64,000 bases of DNA from an uncultured Campylobacterales bacterium (GTDB lineage: Bacteria > Campylobacterota > Campylobacteria > Campylobacterales > Sulfurimonadaceae), in contig CAYYRS010000001.1 in assembly GCA_964474335.1 (NCBI GenBank), positions 38,254 to 102,253 on the forward strand, given 5' to 3'. The notes under the pieces were generated by a model. That model did not search any database. It saw only the letters and a list, made by a program, of their open reading frames with translations, and had not been told where the DNA came from. Position 1 is the first letter of the stretch, and every line of letters starts with the position of its first letter. A program made the translations under genes and the position numbers. Of the stretch, positions 8,493 through 19,040 are shown piece after piece.

Positions 8493-9962
8493 TTAAAATC
8501 CTTTGAGATATATTTTGGTTTTAAAATGCTTACTTAATATTCTAATAATATTTGGATTTAAAAGCTGTTGCTTTAAATCATATATATCTGAGGCAATATT
8601 TATTTGTTTTTTATTAAGCAATCTTTGTTCCAAGATATTATAAAGAACTATTTTATTGTTTTGAAGCACGATATATCCATGTTTATGGCTACTTTGAAAT
8701 AGTTGTGATAAAAATTTAGAGGCATTTTGTTTACTTAAGTCTTTGATTTTTGATATATCTTTAATATTTATGTAAGGTGTAATCGTTGCATTAATGATAT
8801 TCTCATATGATGCTTGTGCCAATTTTAGTAATGCTTTATTTTTTAAATGCAGTACATATTGTTTCAAAATTATAGGTCTAGCTTGTGTAAACAACATAGG
8901 TTTAGCCGGAATTTTTTTATTTAATTTGATGATAACAAAGTGATTGTTGATTAATTTTGGTTTTAAGTATAGTTGTGCTTGATTTAAAGTTTTCACTAAG
9001 TCCAAAATCTTTTTATTAAAGATATTGTGTGAACTATTTATAGTTGCATGACTAATTTGTATTGCTTTATCCAATCTATGTTTTTTAAATGCTATAAATG
9101 CCTTAAGAGCAGCTATTTTTGTGGCTTTTTGATTTAATGCCTGAATAATTTGAGAGTTTGCATCTTTTAAAGATTTGATTTTACCATCGCTATCTTTAAA
9201 ATCCATTTTATGTATATCATAATATCTAAGAATTTGAGATTTTGTATATAGCTTATGAAGTGGTACTTGTTTGATATAATCTATACTATATGCTGGTTGT
9301 GTTAAAAGATATTGTTTGTTTTGATTATAAAACTTTTTTAATCCTTTTTGCGAAATCGAGATTTTTATATCTTTAAAACTTAAAATCTCATATTTTATCC
9401 TATTTTGAAGATTAAAAATAGCACCTAAAGTTTCTCTTTCTAGTGGTGTAGTTGCATTAGGAAAAAGTTTTAAAACTTTTTGGATTAAAATTTGCCTCTT
9501 TAAGCCGTTTTCATATGTATGTGGCGTGAGATTATTGTTTGCTAAAAGAGCTTTATAAGTCGCATCATTAAAAGAACCATTTTTATAAAAGACCTTTTCT
9601 TTTGTTAGTTGATTGTATAGTTCAAGGTTACTAACTGTTATATGATAATTCTTTGCAAGATTCAAAACAAGTGCTTGATCTATTAGTTTTGCTAAAACTT
9701 CACGTTTTAATCCAATAGCTTTAGCTTGAGCTTTATCAAAATGTCCATGAAAAACTTGTTTATATTGAGCAAACATTTGATTATATGATTGATTAAATTG
9801 TTTATAAGTAATTTTTATACTACCAACGTTAGCAATGGTGCCTGATTTACTACTATAATTATATTGTCCCCATCCAAAAAAACCAGCACCTATAAAAGCG
9901 ATTGTAGAAATCCAAATTGTTATCACTAGCCATCTATGGTGTTTTTGCATCCAAGTTATCAT
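8493..9962 (-). CDS. PpiD/SurA-N-domain-like periplasmic chaperone, membrane anchored
   Basis: N-terminal anchor WLVITIWISTIAFIGAGFF, a 489-aa basic protein. The stop is 1 nt before the ftsA start. This context is conserved in Campylobacterota. Confidence 0.7.
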   Translation of the reverse strand: MITWMQKHHRWLVITIWISTIAFIGAGFFGWGQYNYSSKSGTIANVGSIKITYKQFNQSYNQMFAQYKQVFHGHFDKAQAKAIGLKREVLAKLIDQALVLNLAKNYHITVSNLELYNQLTKEKVFYKNGSFNDATYKALLANNNLTPHTYENGLKRQILIQKVLKLFPNATTPLERETLGAIFNLQNRIKYEILSFKDIKISISQKGLKKFYNQNKQYLLTQPAYSIDYIKQVPLHKLYTKSQILRYYDIHKMDFKDSDGKIKSLKDANSQIIQALNQKATKIAALKAFIAFKKHRLDKAIQISHATINSSHNIFNKKILDLVKTLNQAQLYLKPKLINNHFVIIKLNKKIPAKPMLFTQARPIILKQYVLHLKNKALLKLAQASYENIINATITPYINIKDISKIKDLSKQNASKFLSQLFQSSHKHGYIVLQNNKIVLYNILEQRLLNKKQINIASDIYDLKQQLLNPNIIRILSKHFKTKIYLKGF

Positions 9963-10148
9963 AAAAGTTATACCTTAATTTTACACATAAAAAATAAGAA
10001 GTTTTTCTTCAGAGGTGTTTATATTTTAAAATTGCAATATTTTAGGCTATTTCGTATTAAAATAGGATAAATATTTTTATAATTATTAAGAAAAATTTGT
10101 TTTTTTTGTTATGATATCACTAGCGCTCATTCATGAAAAGAGGATATT

Positions 10149-11450
10149 ATGAATAATTTTGAACTATCACAAGAAGATTTAAAACATATTTGGCATCCTT
10201 GTACACAGATGAAAGATCATGAGAATTTCCCGATTATTCCTATAAAAAAAGCTCATGGTGTATATTTACAAGATTTTGAAGGGCAGACGTATATTGACGC
10301 GATTAGTAGTTGGTGGGTAAACATATTTGGTCATACAAATATTTATATCAATAAAAAAATAAAAGAGCAGATTGATACTTTAGAACATGTGCTTTTAGCT
10401 GGTTTTACTCATGAACCGATTATAAAGCTGTCTGCAAGATTGGTTAATTTAGCACCAGATGGATTAAATAAGTGTTTTTATGCTGATAATGGCTCAAGTG
10501 CTGTTGAGGTAGCTCTTAAAATGAGTTATCACGCGCATAAAAATAAAGGAGATGAGCGTCCTTTGTTTGTATCATTGACAAATAGCTATCATGGTGAAAC
10601 TATTGGTGCTTTATCTGTTGGCGATGTTGCTTTATATAAGCAAACATATCAATCAATCATGATAAAATCAATCCAAACAGCAGTTGCAAAAGACCAAACA
10701 AAAGAAGCTGCGATAATTGCTGCACAAGAATTTGAGAAACTTTGTCAAAAAAATGCATCACAAATAGCCGCATTTATAGTGGAGCCACTTGTTCAAGGTG
10801 CTGGTGATATGCATATGTATCACCCCTATTTTTTATCATTAATTAACGAGATATGTAAAAAGTACAATATTTATCTTATCGCTGATGAGGTGATGGTTGG
10901 TTTTGGTAGGACTGGTAGTATGTTTGCATGTGAGCAAGCAGATATTACACCAGATTTTTTAGTATTGTCAAAAGGCTTAACTGGTGGGTATTTGCCACTA
11001 TCTGTGGTTCTTACGACTGATAAGATTTATGATATCTTTTATTGCGATTATCATGAACATAAAGCATTTTTGCATTCACACAGTTACACTGGAAATGCTT
11101 TGGCTTGTGCAGCAGCTAACGCTACGCTTGATATTTTTGAACAAGAAAATATAATAGAGCAAAACAAAACAAAATCAGTTTACATGTATCAAAAATTACA
11201 GCAATTTAAACAGCTTGAATGTGTTGAGAATATTAGACAAACTGGGATGATTTGTGCATTTGATTTAAAAGATTTTGATGTATCGCAACGAATAGGTTTA
11301 CAGGTTTATAAGTATGCGTTAAAACATGGAGTTTTATTGCGACCACTTGGCAATACAATCTATTTTATGCCTCCATATATTATAACCATGGATGAAATTG
11401 ATACAATATTTGATGTTGCATATCAAGCTATTTTAAGTTTTACGATATAA
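10149..11450 (+). CDS. bioA: adenosylmethionine-8-amino-7-oxononanoate aminotransferase
   Basis: Class III aminotransferase motifs ADEVMVGFGRTG and VLSKGLTGGYLPLS (PLP lysine), with the N-terminal IWHPCTQM typical of BioA. Confidence 0.9.
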   Translation: MNNFELSQEDLKHIWHPCTQMKDHENFPIIPIKKAHGVYLQDFEGQTYIDAISSWWVNIFGHTNIYINKKIKEQIDTLEHVLLAGFTHEPIIKLSARLVNLAPDGLNKCFYADNGSSAVEVALKMSYHAHKNKGDERPLFVSLTNSYHGETIGALSVGDVALYKQTYQSIMIKSIQTAVAKDQTKEAAIIAAQEFEKLCQKNASQIAAFIVEPLVQGAGDMHMYHPYFLSLINEICKKYNIYLIADEVMVGFGRTGSMFACEQADITPDFLVLSKGLTGGYLPLSVVLTTDKIYDIFYCDYHEHKAFLHSHSYTGNALACAAANATLDIFEQENIIEQNKTKSVYMYQKLQQFKQLECVENIRQTGMICAFDLKDFDVSQRIGLQVYKYALKHGVLLRPLGNTIYFMPPYIITMDEIDTIFDVAYQAILSFTI

Positions 11451-11456
11451 TTTGAA

Positions 11457-12332
11457 ATGTATAGTTTAAAACAGTTAAAGATTTTCATAGCATTAGCTCA
11501 TACACAAAAAGTAGTAGAAGTAGCTCATAAATTTGGTATTACACAAGCTGCCATTTCGATGTCAATTAAAGAGCTTGAAAATATATTGTCAGAGCGTTTG
11601 TTTGAGAGAATTGGTAAAAAATTGATGTTAAATGAAAGAGGTTCTTTGCTTTTAGAACAAGTTTCTTTGCATGTAGAGTCTTTGCAAAGAATCCATGATA
11701 ACTTTACTAGGCATAAGCTAGAGGGTCATATAAAAATTTGTGCTAGCGCTACTATTTCTGATTATCTGCTTCCAACTGCTATTGATAAATATTTTAATAT
11801 TAATCAAAATATTAAGTTTTCATTAAAATCGGCTAATACACATGATGTTGTTCGGCATGTTAAAAATGGTGAATATGATATAGGTTTTATTGAGGGCAGT
11901 TGCAATGATGAAAGTCTGATATCTCAAGTACTTATGAAAGATGAACTAATTATAGTAACATCAGATAAACAATTAGCTCAAAAAAAGATTTATTATATTG
12001 ACTCTTTGTCTAAAAAGCAGTGGATATTAAGAGAGGTTGGATCAGGTACTAGGTCTATCTTTTTAGATACAATTAACCCAAATAAGGTTAATATTTATAT
12101 GGAGCTAGACCACACGCAGACCATCAAAAAATTTTTAAAACTCCGAGAAAATTATATTAGTTGTTTACCAAAAAGAGCTGTTATTAAAGAATTAAATGAT
12201 GGTATTTTGTTCGAAGTTAAGATAAAAGGTTTTAAATTTGAAAGACAATTTAAACTAATTATACGAGAAGATAAAAAAGCAAGTGTGTTGATTGGTAATT
12301 TTATAAATTTTATTATAAATGGGCAATATTAG
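11457..12332 (+). CDS. LysR family transcriptional regulator
   Basis: N-terminal wHTH FGITQAAISMSIKELE and a 291-aa LysR-type architecture. Confidence 0.85.
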   Translation: MYSLKQLKIFIALAHTQKVVEVAHKFGITQAAISMSIKELENILSERLFERIGKKLMLNERGSLLLEQVSLHVESLQRIHDNFTRHKLEGHIKICASATISDYLLPTAIDKYFNINQNIKFSLKSANTHDVVRHVKNGEYDIGFIEGSCNDESLISQVLMKDELIIVTSDKQLAQKKIYYIDSLSKKQWILREVGSGTRSIFLDTINPNKVNIYMELDHTQTIKKFLKLRENYISCLPKRAVIKELNDGILFEVKIKGFKFERQFKLIIREDKKASVLIGNFINFIINGQY

Positions 12333-13256
12333 ATGAAAACACCACATATTAGTGTTTTGCCAAAAGAGGTAATAACAGTATTTGGTGATATAGATGAAGG
12401 TATTATTATAGATTGTACTTTAGGTTTTGGTGGACATGCTGCGTTATTGCTTGAAAATAAGCCAAATATTAAGATTATAGCGATAGATCAAGACCAAAAT
12501 GCAATAGATTTTTCACGTAAGTATTTAAAAAAGTTTGGTGATAGAATTATCATAAAAAAAGGTAGATTTTCAAAAATAATAAAAGAGATTCTTCAAAAAT
12601 ATAATATTTTAGAAATAAAAGGTATTTTAGCCGATATTGGAGTCTCTTCTCTTCAATTAGATGAAAAAAATAGGGGTTTTTCTTTTAATAGTGATACGCT
12701 TGATATGAGAATGGATAAAAATAACTTTTTTAGTGCAAAAGATGTTGTAAATAGTTATACCACAGTTGAGTTAAAAAGAGTTTTTAAAGAGTACGGCGAG
12801 ATAAGAAATTATGAAAAATTAGCATCTTTTATAGTACAAAACCGTCCATTTAATTCAACAAAAGAGTTAAGCGATAAAACAAGACATCTATTAAAACAAA
12901 ATAAAAAAATACATCCAGCAACGCTTTTAATGCAAGCTATTAGAATAGAAGTAAATGATGAACTAGGCGAATTAAATAAGCTTTTAGATACAATTGAGAA
13001 AATACATTTTCATAAGACTAAAGTGGCTATTATCTCTTTTCACTCGCTAGAGGATAGAATAATTAAACATAGGTTTATTTGTTGGAGTAAGGCATGTATT
13101 TGTCCGTCAGAAGCGATGAGGTGTACATGCTCAGCAGATAATAAAATAGGTAAAATAATAACTAAAAAACCACTTATGGCAAATAAGTGGGAACTAAAAG
13201 TAAACGTAAGAAGCAGAAGTGCAAAATTAAGGGTATTTGAGATAGATTATGAATAG
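12333..13256 (+). CDS. rsmH: 16S rRNA (cytosine1402-N4)-methyltransferase
   Basis: Motifs DCTLGFGGHA, LADIGVSSLQLDEKNRGFSF and ISFHSLEDRI. Confidence 0.93.
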   Translation: MKTPHISVLPKEVITVFGDIDEGIIIDCTLGFGGHAALLLENKPNIKIIAIDQDQNAIDFSRKYLKKFGDRIIIKKGRFSKIIKEILQKYNILEIKGILADIGVSSLQLDEKNRGFSFNSDTLDMRMDKNNFFSAKDVVNSYTTVELKRVFKEYGEIRNYEKLASFIVQNRPFNSTKELSDKTRHLLKQNKKIHPATLLMQAIRIEVNDELGELNKLLDTIEKIHFHKTKVAIISFHSLEDRIIKHRFICWSKACICPSEAMRCTCSADNKIGKIITKKPLMANKWELKVNVRSRSAKLRVFEIDYE

Positions 13257-13524
13257 TAAAAATGAAATTTTAGATGAAGTATCTTTGGTTTTAAAAGATA
13301 AAGGATTAAACTTTCAATTTTTATTGCAGACATTATTTATTATTTTTATAGTACTTATTTTTGTCTTTCCTAAACTTTATCTTCAACATGAGATATATTA
13401 TAAAAGCCGAAAAATTGCAAAACTGCAATCTGAATATCGTAATTTAAAAGCTCAAAACAATATTATTCATGCTAGAATAAAAAAAATAAACTTTACAAAT
13501 AAAACAATAAACACAATATTTTAG
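13249..13524 (+). CDS. FtsL-like small bitopic division protein
   Basis: 91 aa with a single TM (LLQTLFIIFIVLIFVF) followed by a coiled-coil-like segment. It overlaps the rsmH stop by 8 nt, the classical rsmH-ftsL position. Confidence 0.6.
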   Translation: MNSKNEILDEVSLVLKDKGLNFQFLLQTLFIIFIVLIFVFPKLYLQHEIYYKSRKIAKLQSEYRNLKAQNNIIHARIKKINFTNKTINTIF

Positions 13525-13550
13525 TAACTATTTCAAATAAGAGAGTTTTT

Positions 13551-13994
13551 ATGTCGCAATCATGCCCTATATCTTTTTATAAAGTAGATAGTATTATTAC
13601 TAGAATAAATGCCGTATATATTACACTACTCATCATCATTTTTTTACTAACTAGTAGCACTCTAATTTTATTTTTATTAATTTATGATTTTACAATACGT
13701 CTATATAATCTTAAAAATTTTAGTTTTATATATCAGCTATCAAAACTAACTCAAAAAATATTTCAATTTAAATCACACTTAGTTGATGGTGCCGCAAAAA
13801 GATTAGCCACTTATTTTGGTCTATCTTTTATAGTTTTATTATTGCTTACATCATGGCTACATATGCAAATTATTTTATATATTGTAGCCACTGTATTTCT
13901 CGCATGTACTAGTTTGGAAATATTATTTAATTATTGCATAGGTTGTAAAATCTATTTTATTATTAAAAAAATATATCCAAAATTTATGAATTAA
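13551..13994 (+). CDS. membrane protein, DUF4395-like
   Basis: Four hydrophobic segments and a C-terminal NYCIGCKIY motif. The family call was made by eye only. Confidence 0.6.
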   Translation: MSQSCPISFYKVDSIITRINAVYITLLIIIFLLTSSTLILFLLIYDFTIRLYNLKNFSFIYQLSKLTQKIFQFKSHLVDGAAKRLATYFGLSFIVLLLLTSWLHMQIILYIVATVFLACTSLEILFNYCIGCKIYFIIKKIYPKFMN

Positions 13995-14041
13995 ATCTCT
14001 TTTTAGCTAGATGCTTAAAAATAAACAAATGGAGTGATTGT

Positions 14042-14848
14042 ATGAGTAATTATGTTTTGGATAATATTAAATCGTTGCCAGCTTTGCCAAAAAGTATAAA
14101 TGAGATACAAAAAATATATAGTGATGAGAAATCATCAATCTCTGAACTTGTGAAAGTTATAGAAGAAGATCCTATGATTATTGCTAATTTGTTAAAAGCT
14201 GTCAATTCGCCACTTTATAATTTTAATAAAAAGATACAAACAGTATCTCAAGCTGTATCTCTTTTAGGAATGAATATTACTAGATCTATCATTTTTAGTA
14301 ATTCAATTAGAAAATTATTAAATGTTGATATGGAGCCATATGCAATTTCATCTGAGACTTTTGCCGATATATCAGCGAAGCAAGCAGCATTAACATATAA
14401 TTGGTATATGAGAATAAATAAAACTAAAGCTGACAAGCTTTTTTTAGCGGCTTTATTACAAGAAACAGGTAAAATCTTAATATCAAATTATATTATTAAA
14501 AATGATGAAACTATGACTTTTAAATCTGAAATACAGATGACTCACAATATTGCTATGGTAGAAAAAGCCTATATACAAGAAACAACAGCATCTGTTACAT
14601 CTGCAATATTTAAACATTGGGGATTTGATGAAGATTTTGTGGAGATGATACGTTATAGTGATAATCCGAATCTAGCACCACAAGATATTATGGAGTATTG
14701 TAATGCCTTAAATATTGTTAAAACAATTGTGGCCGTAAATGAACCTTTTAGTGAAGTAGCTATCAACTTTGGATTAAAAAAAGCATATAATGCAGGCTAT
14801 AATCATGAGCTTTTAGAAGATGCTGTCGACGAAATACTAGATGTGTAA
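14042..14848 (+). CDS. HDOD domain signalling protein
   Basis: N-terminal LPALPKSINEIQKIY...EEDPMIIANLLKAVNSPLYN...VSQAVSLLGMN is typical of HDOD domains. Confidence 0.8.
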   Translation: MSNYVLDNIKSLPALPKSINEIQKIYSDEKSSISELVKVIEEDPMIIANLLKAVNSPLYNFNKKIQTVSQAVSLLGMNITRSIIFSNSIRKLLNVDMEPYAISSETFADISAKQAALTYNWYMRINKTKADKLFLAALLQETGKILISNYIIKNDETMTFKSEIQMTHNIAMVEKAYIQETTASVTSAIFKHWGFDEDFVEMIRYSDNPNLAPQDIMEYCNALNIVKTIVAVNEPFSEVAINFGLKKAYNAGYNHELLEDAVDEILDV

Positions 14849-16155
14849 AATCGATAATTATTAGATCCATTTTTTTTAGCACAATACATAGCTCTATCTG
14901 CATATTTGATAAGGTCATCCTTGTCTGTCGAGTCTTGAGGCAATAAGCTGATACCAATACTAGATGAGATGGATAATGACATATTGTCAATAATTATTAT
15001 TTCATAAATGGTGTTTATAATTTTTTGTGCTATTTTTGCAATAGCATTAGAATCCTTAATATTTTGTAAAATAATTACAAACTCATCACCTCCAAGTCTT
15101 GCGAGCGTATCTTGTTTTCTAATACATCGACGTAATCTTTTAGCTACTTCTTTTAAAACTTCATCGCCTATATGATGACCTAAATCATCATTTATTTGCT
15201 TAAATTTATCTAAATCAATAAACAAAAGTCCACAAGCTTGATGATTTCGTTCGACCTCTTTTATTGATTGCTCTAATCTATCATAAAATAAAGCTCTATT
15301 AGGAAGCATGGTTAAGCTATCATGGAAGGCTTGAAAATTTAATTGTTTTGTTTGTAATTTTAGTTTTTCTTCTATCGCTTTACGTTTAGTTATGTCTTGC
15401 GAATATCTTGTTGTTCCAATGATACATCCATCTTCATCTTTTAAAAGTGAAAATGAAATTTCCACATAGATAATTTTTCCAGACTTAGTTTTTTTTCTAA
15501 TCTCATGTTTACAAAATTGAGCCTGTAAGGCATCTTGATTTATTTTTTTTGCTTTTTGTAATTCATCAGATGGATACAGCATATAAACAGATTTACCAAT
15601 CAATTCATTTTTACTATACCCATGCATAAGAGTAGCACCATGATTGCAGTAAGTTATAATGTCATTTAAATCTACCGAAATTACAGAATCATGTATTTGT
15701 TCTAATATTTCATATTGTTGCTGTTGTTTTATTTTTATTTGTGTAAATTCTGTAGTATCAAATGTTGTTCCAATTATTTTTGTTGGTATATTATTTTCAT
15801 TAAAAATCATTTGAGCATTCAATAATATATCGATAAGAACACCATCATCTCTTTTTACTTGAAGCTTTATCTCATGTATTTGCTTATCTGGAAGTTGTTG
15901 TAATAACGCTTTAGCTCTTTGTACATCTTTTTTAACAACTTTATCAAAAAAATTATCAAGTGTGGGAAAATATTTTTTTTGGTCTTGTTTATAAATACGG
16001 TACGTTTGCTCAGACCAATTAACTTTCTTTGTTTTTAAATCAACTTCCCAACTTCCCATGCGACTAACTGTTTGCGCCAATTTTAAAGATGCATATTTCG
16101 CTTGTAAAATATCATATTGATACTTCAAACTTTCTACTGTGTTGTGTTTTTGCAT
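14803..16155 (-). CDS. PAS/PAS-GGDEF diguanylate cyclase
   Basis: Two PAS-like segments (MGSWEVDL..., SVISVDLNDIITYCNHGATLMHGY) and a GGDEF domain with LARLGGDEFVIIL. The Ser-rich C-terminal tail overlaps the convergent HDOD gene. Confidence 0.88.
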   Translation of the reverse strand: MQKHNTVESLKYQYDILQAKYASLKLAQTVSRMGSWEVDLKTKKVNWSEQTYRIYKQDQKKYFPTLDNFFDKVVKKDVQRAKALLQQLPDKQIHEIKLQVKRDDGVLIDILLNAQMIFNENNIPTKIIGTTFDTTEFTQIKIKQQQQYEILEQIHDSVISVDLNDIITYCNHGATLMHGYSKNELIGKSVYMLYPSDELQKAKKINQDALQAQFCKHEIRKKTKSGKIIYVEISFSLLKDEDGCIIGTTRYSQDITKRKAIEEKLKLQTKQLNFQAFHDSLTMLPNRALFYDRLEQSIKEVERNHQACGLLFIDLDKFKQINDDLGHHIGDEVLKEVAKRLRRCIRKQDTLARLGGDEFVIILQNIKDSNAIAKIAQKIINTIYEIIIIDNMSLSISSSIGISLLPQDSTDKDDLIKYADRAMYCAKKNGSNNYRFYTSSISSTASSKSS

Positions 16156-16244
16156 TTATACATTTTATCTGCTTTAATCTTAAAAAACTCTTACTTATCT
16201 GCTATAATATCAAAAGAAATAAAGTTTTATTTAGGATGATTTTT

Positions 16245-18935
16245 ATGTTAAAAACTGTAACAATTATAGATACATTTGGGTTCTTCTTCAGGAGTTTTTA
16301 TGCACTACCACAATACTTAAGCAACAAAGATGGATTTCCAACAGGATTATTAACTGGTTTTGCAAACTTTATCTCCTCTTTGCAAAAAGAGTATGCTAGT
16401 GATTATTTAATCTTTGCGATTGACTTAAAGGGTAAAACTTTTAGGCATGAGATAGATGCAAACTATAAGGCAAACAGAGCAGTGCCTCCGCATGACTTAA
16501 CTCTTCAACTACCAATCGCAATCTCTTGGATACAAAAAATGGGTTTTAAGACTCTAGGACTACAAGGGTATGAGGCAGATGATATCATAGCAAGCGTCAC
16601 AAAAATAGCCTTACAGCATGATTTTAAAGTTAAAATTATTTCTCATGATAAAGATCTGTATCAGTTAATTGATGATGACAAAGTAGTACTTATTGATGCA
16701 ATTAAGAAAAAAATTGTAAATGAAGATGCATGTATGCAGAAATTTGGAGTCACTCCAAAGCAATTTATAGATTTTCAATCACTCCTAGGAGATAGTGCAG
16801 ATAATGTGGCTGGTGTAAAGGGTATAGGTAAAGTTACGGCACAAAAACTGATATCAACTTATGGAAATTTAGAAAATATATATAAAAATGTTGAAGTAAT
16901 TAGTCCAAAAGGAGTATGTAAAAAACTCATAGATGCAAAAAAGAGTGCGTTTGTATCCAAGCGCCTTGTAACACTAAAAAATGATCTTTTTGATAAGTTT
17001 GATTTTAATGATTATATCATGCATTATGATAATCCATTTGTTTTAATATATGATGAATTGGTGCATTATGATATGAGAGCAATTTTGCGTATGTTACATG
17101 CAAAGCAAGAGATGCAAGATTCAAAAACAGATGTTAAAGACTTAAAAATTAAGAGTTTTAAAACAACACTAATTACAGATGAAAAAGTTTTAGAAAATAT
17201 TGTATCTTCTTTAAATACTCAAGATATCATAGCCTTTGATACCGAAACAACAGGGTTTAATCCATATAAAGATATATTGGTTGGTTTTAGTTTTAGTTTT
17301 AGTGAAAATGAGGGCTTTTATGTGCCACTATCTCATAGCTATTTAGGAGTAGGTAAGCAGATAAATTTAGAATTTGCTAAAAAGATAATTAGACAAATCT
17401 TTACATGTAGAGTTGTAGGACACAATATTAAGTTTGATTTGCATTTTATAACAAGATTTTTACAAGAAGATCTACCTATTTTTGCCGATACGATTATTTT
17501 GGCATGGTTGCTTGATTCGCACAGTAAACTATCACTTGATTATCTCTCAAAAAACATGTTAGATCATACCATGATATCTTTTAAAGATACAGTAAAAAAA
17601 GGCGAAACATTTGCTTTAGTTGATATTGAAGATGCAAGTAAATATGCAGCAGAAGATGCAGTTATTACGCTTAAACTATATAATTATCTTTTGCAAAAAT
17701 TTAAAATTAATAAGCTCGAGCATATCTTAAAAGAAGCTAGAGATGTTGAGTTTCCTTGTGTAAATACTCTTCTTAAAATGGAACAAAACGGCATTATGGT
17801 TGATACTAATTTTTTGACCAACTTTTTAGATGAGGTAAAACAAAGATTAACTATTTTAACAAAAGAGATATATAAAATTAGTGGTTTAGAGTTTAATATA
17901 AACTCTCCTAAACAATTGGGGGATATTTTATTTGAAACCTTAAAATTACCTAAAGGGAAAAAAACAAAAACCGGCTATAGCACCGATGAAAAAGTTTTAA
18001 ACTCTTTAGTTAGTGAGCATGAAATTATTAAATATATTTTAAATTATAGAGAAATTTATAAACTTTTTTCGACCTATATAGAGCCACTTTTAAAGCTTGC
18101 TAAAGAAAATCATGATAGTAAAATACATACATCGTTCGTGCAAACTGGTACGACAACAGGGCGTTTAAGTTCTAAAAATCCAAATCTTCAAAATATTCCG
18201 GTACGAAGCGATTTGGGCGTAAAGATTCGTAGAGCATTTATAGCTCCAGTTAATAAAAAATTGATCGGAATAGATTATTCACAAATAGAACTCAGACTTT
18301 TGGCACACTTTAGTCAAGACAAAGTTCTAATTGACGCTTTTAGGCAGGATAAAGATATTCATTTAGCAACTGCCACTATACTTTTTGGTGAACTAGAAGC
18401 AAAAAATAAACGAGCCATTGCCAAAACAGTTAATTTTGGTCTTTTGTATGGGATGGGACAAAAGAAACTCTCAGATACGTTGCATATTAGCACAAAAGAA
18501 GCTAAAAGTATAATAACAAGATATTTTGAGAATTTTCCAAGTGTAAAAGATTATTTTAGTCAAATTATACAAAAATCAAAGGAGGTTGGTTATGTTCAAA
18601 CATTACTTGCTAGACGACGCTATTTTGATTATACTAAGGCGTCCCCTATGTTTAAAGCTGCTTATGAAAGAGAAAGTATAAATACGCTTTTTCAAGGTAG
18701 TGCATCTGATTTAATTAAATTATCTATGAATAAAATTGATAAAATAATAAAAGAGCAAAACCTACCTGCTAAAATGTTATTGCAAATTCATGATGAATTA
18801 ATTTTTGAAGTAGATGAAGATAATGCTGAGGTTTTAGGTAAAAAATTTCAAAATATTATGGAAAATATTTATAAATTAAATGTTCCACTAAAAGCTGTTT
18901 TAAACATTGGAGATAATTGGCAGGAATTAAAATAA
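16245..18935 (+). CDS. polA: DNA polymerase I
   Basis: 5'-nuclease domain, 3'-5' exonuclease motif IAFDTETTG, and polymerase motifs IDYSQIELRLLAH, RAIAKTVNFGLLYGM and LLQIHDELIFEV. The start was moved to ATG 16245 (AGGA RBS at 16233, homology begins at MLKTVTIIDTFGFFFR). Confidence 0.95.
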   Translation: MLKTVTIIDTFGFFFRSFYALPQYLSNKDGFPTGLLTGFANFISSLQKEYASDYLIFAIDLKGKTFRHEIDANYKANRAVPPHDLTLQLPIAISWIQKMGFKTLGLQGYEADDIIASVTKIALQHDFKVKIISHDKDLYQLIDDDKVVLIDAIKKKIVNEDACMQKFGVTPKQFIDFQSLLGDSADNVAGVKGIGKVTAQKLISTYGNLENIYKNVEVISPKGVCKKLIDAKKSAFVSKRLVTLKNDLFDKFDFNDYIMHYDNPFVLIYDELVHYDMRAILRMLHAKQEMQDSKTDVKDLKIKSFKTTLITDEKVLENIVSSLNTQDIIAFDTETTGFNPYKDILVGFSFSFSENEGFYVPLSHSYLGVGKQINLEFAKKIIRQIFTCRVVGHNIKFDLHFITRFLQEDLPIFADTIILAWLLDSHSKLSLDYLSKNMLDHTMISFKDTVKKGETFALVDIEDASKYAAEDAVITLKLYNYLLQKFKINKLEHILKEARDVEFPCVNTLLKMEQNGIMVDTNFLTNFLDEVKQRLTILTKEIYKISGLEFNINSPKQLGDILFETLKLPKGKKTKTGYSTDEKVLNSLVSEHEIIKYILNYREIYKLFSTYIEPLLKLAKENHDSKIHTSFVQTGTTTGRLSSKNPNLQNIPVRSDLGVKIRRAFIAPVNKKLIGIDYSQIELRLLAHFSQDKVLIDAFRQDKDIHLATATILFGELEAKNKRAIAKTVNFGLLYGMGQKKLSDTLHISTKEAKSIITRYFENFPSVKDYFSQIIQKSKEVGYVQTLLARRRYFDYTKASPMFKAAYERESINTLFQGSASDLIKLSMNKIDKIIKEQNLPAKMLLQIHDELIFEVDEDNAEVLGKKFQNIMENIYKLNVPLKAVLNIGDNWQELK

Positions 18936-19040
18936 AATTCAATAAACCTTAATCATTTTCGTACGTAAATAGTATTAATAAAGGTCTTTATAGTCTTGCA
19001 TTACAATGTTGCTTGAAATTCAAATTAAAAAGGCGTTTGT

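Noticed and set aside
16089-16244. 52-codon N-terminal extension of the polA ORF
   Set aside because: The extension is hydrophobic and Cys-rich, overlaps the divergent GGDEF gene start and the promoter region (TGCTATAAT at 16200-16208), and polymerase homology begins at the ATG at 16245, which has an AGGA RBS.
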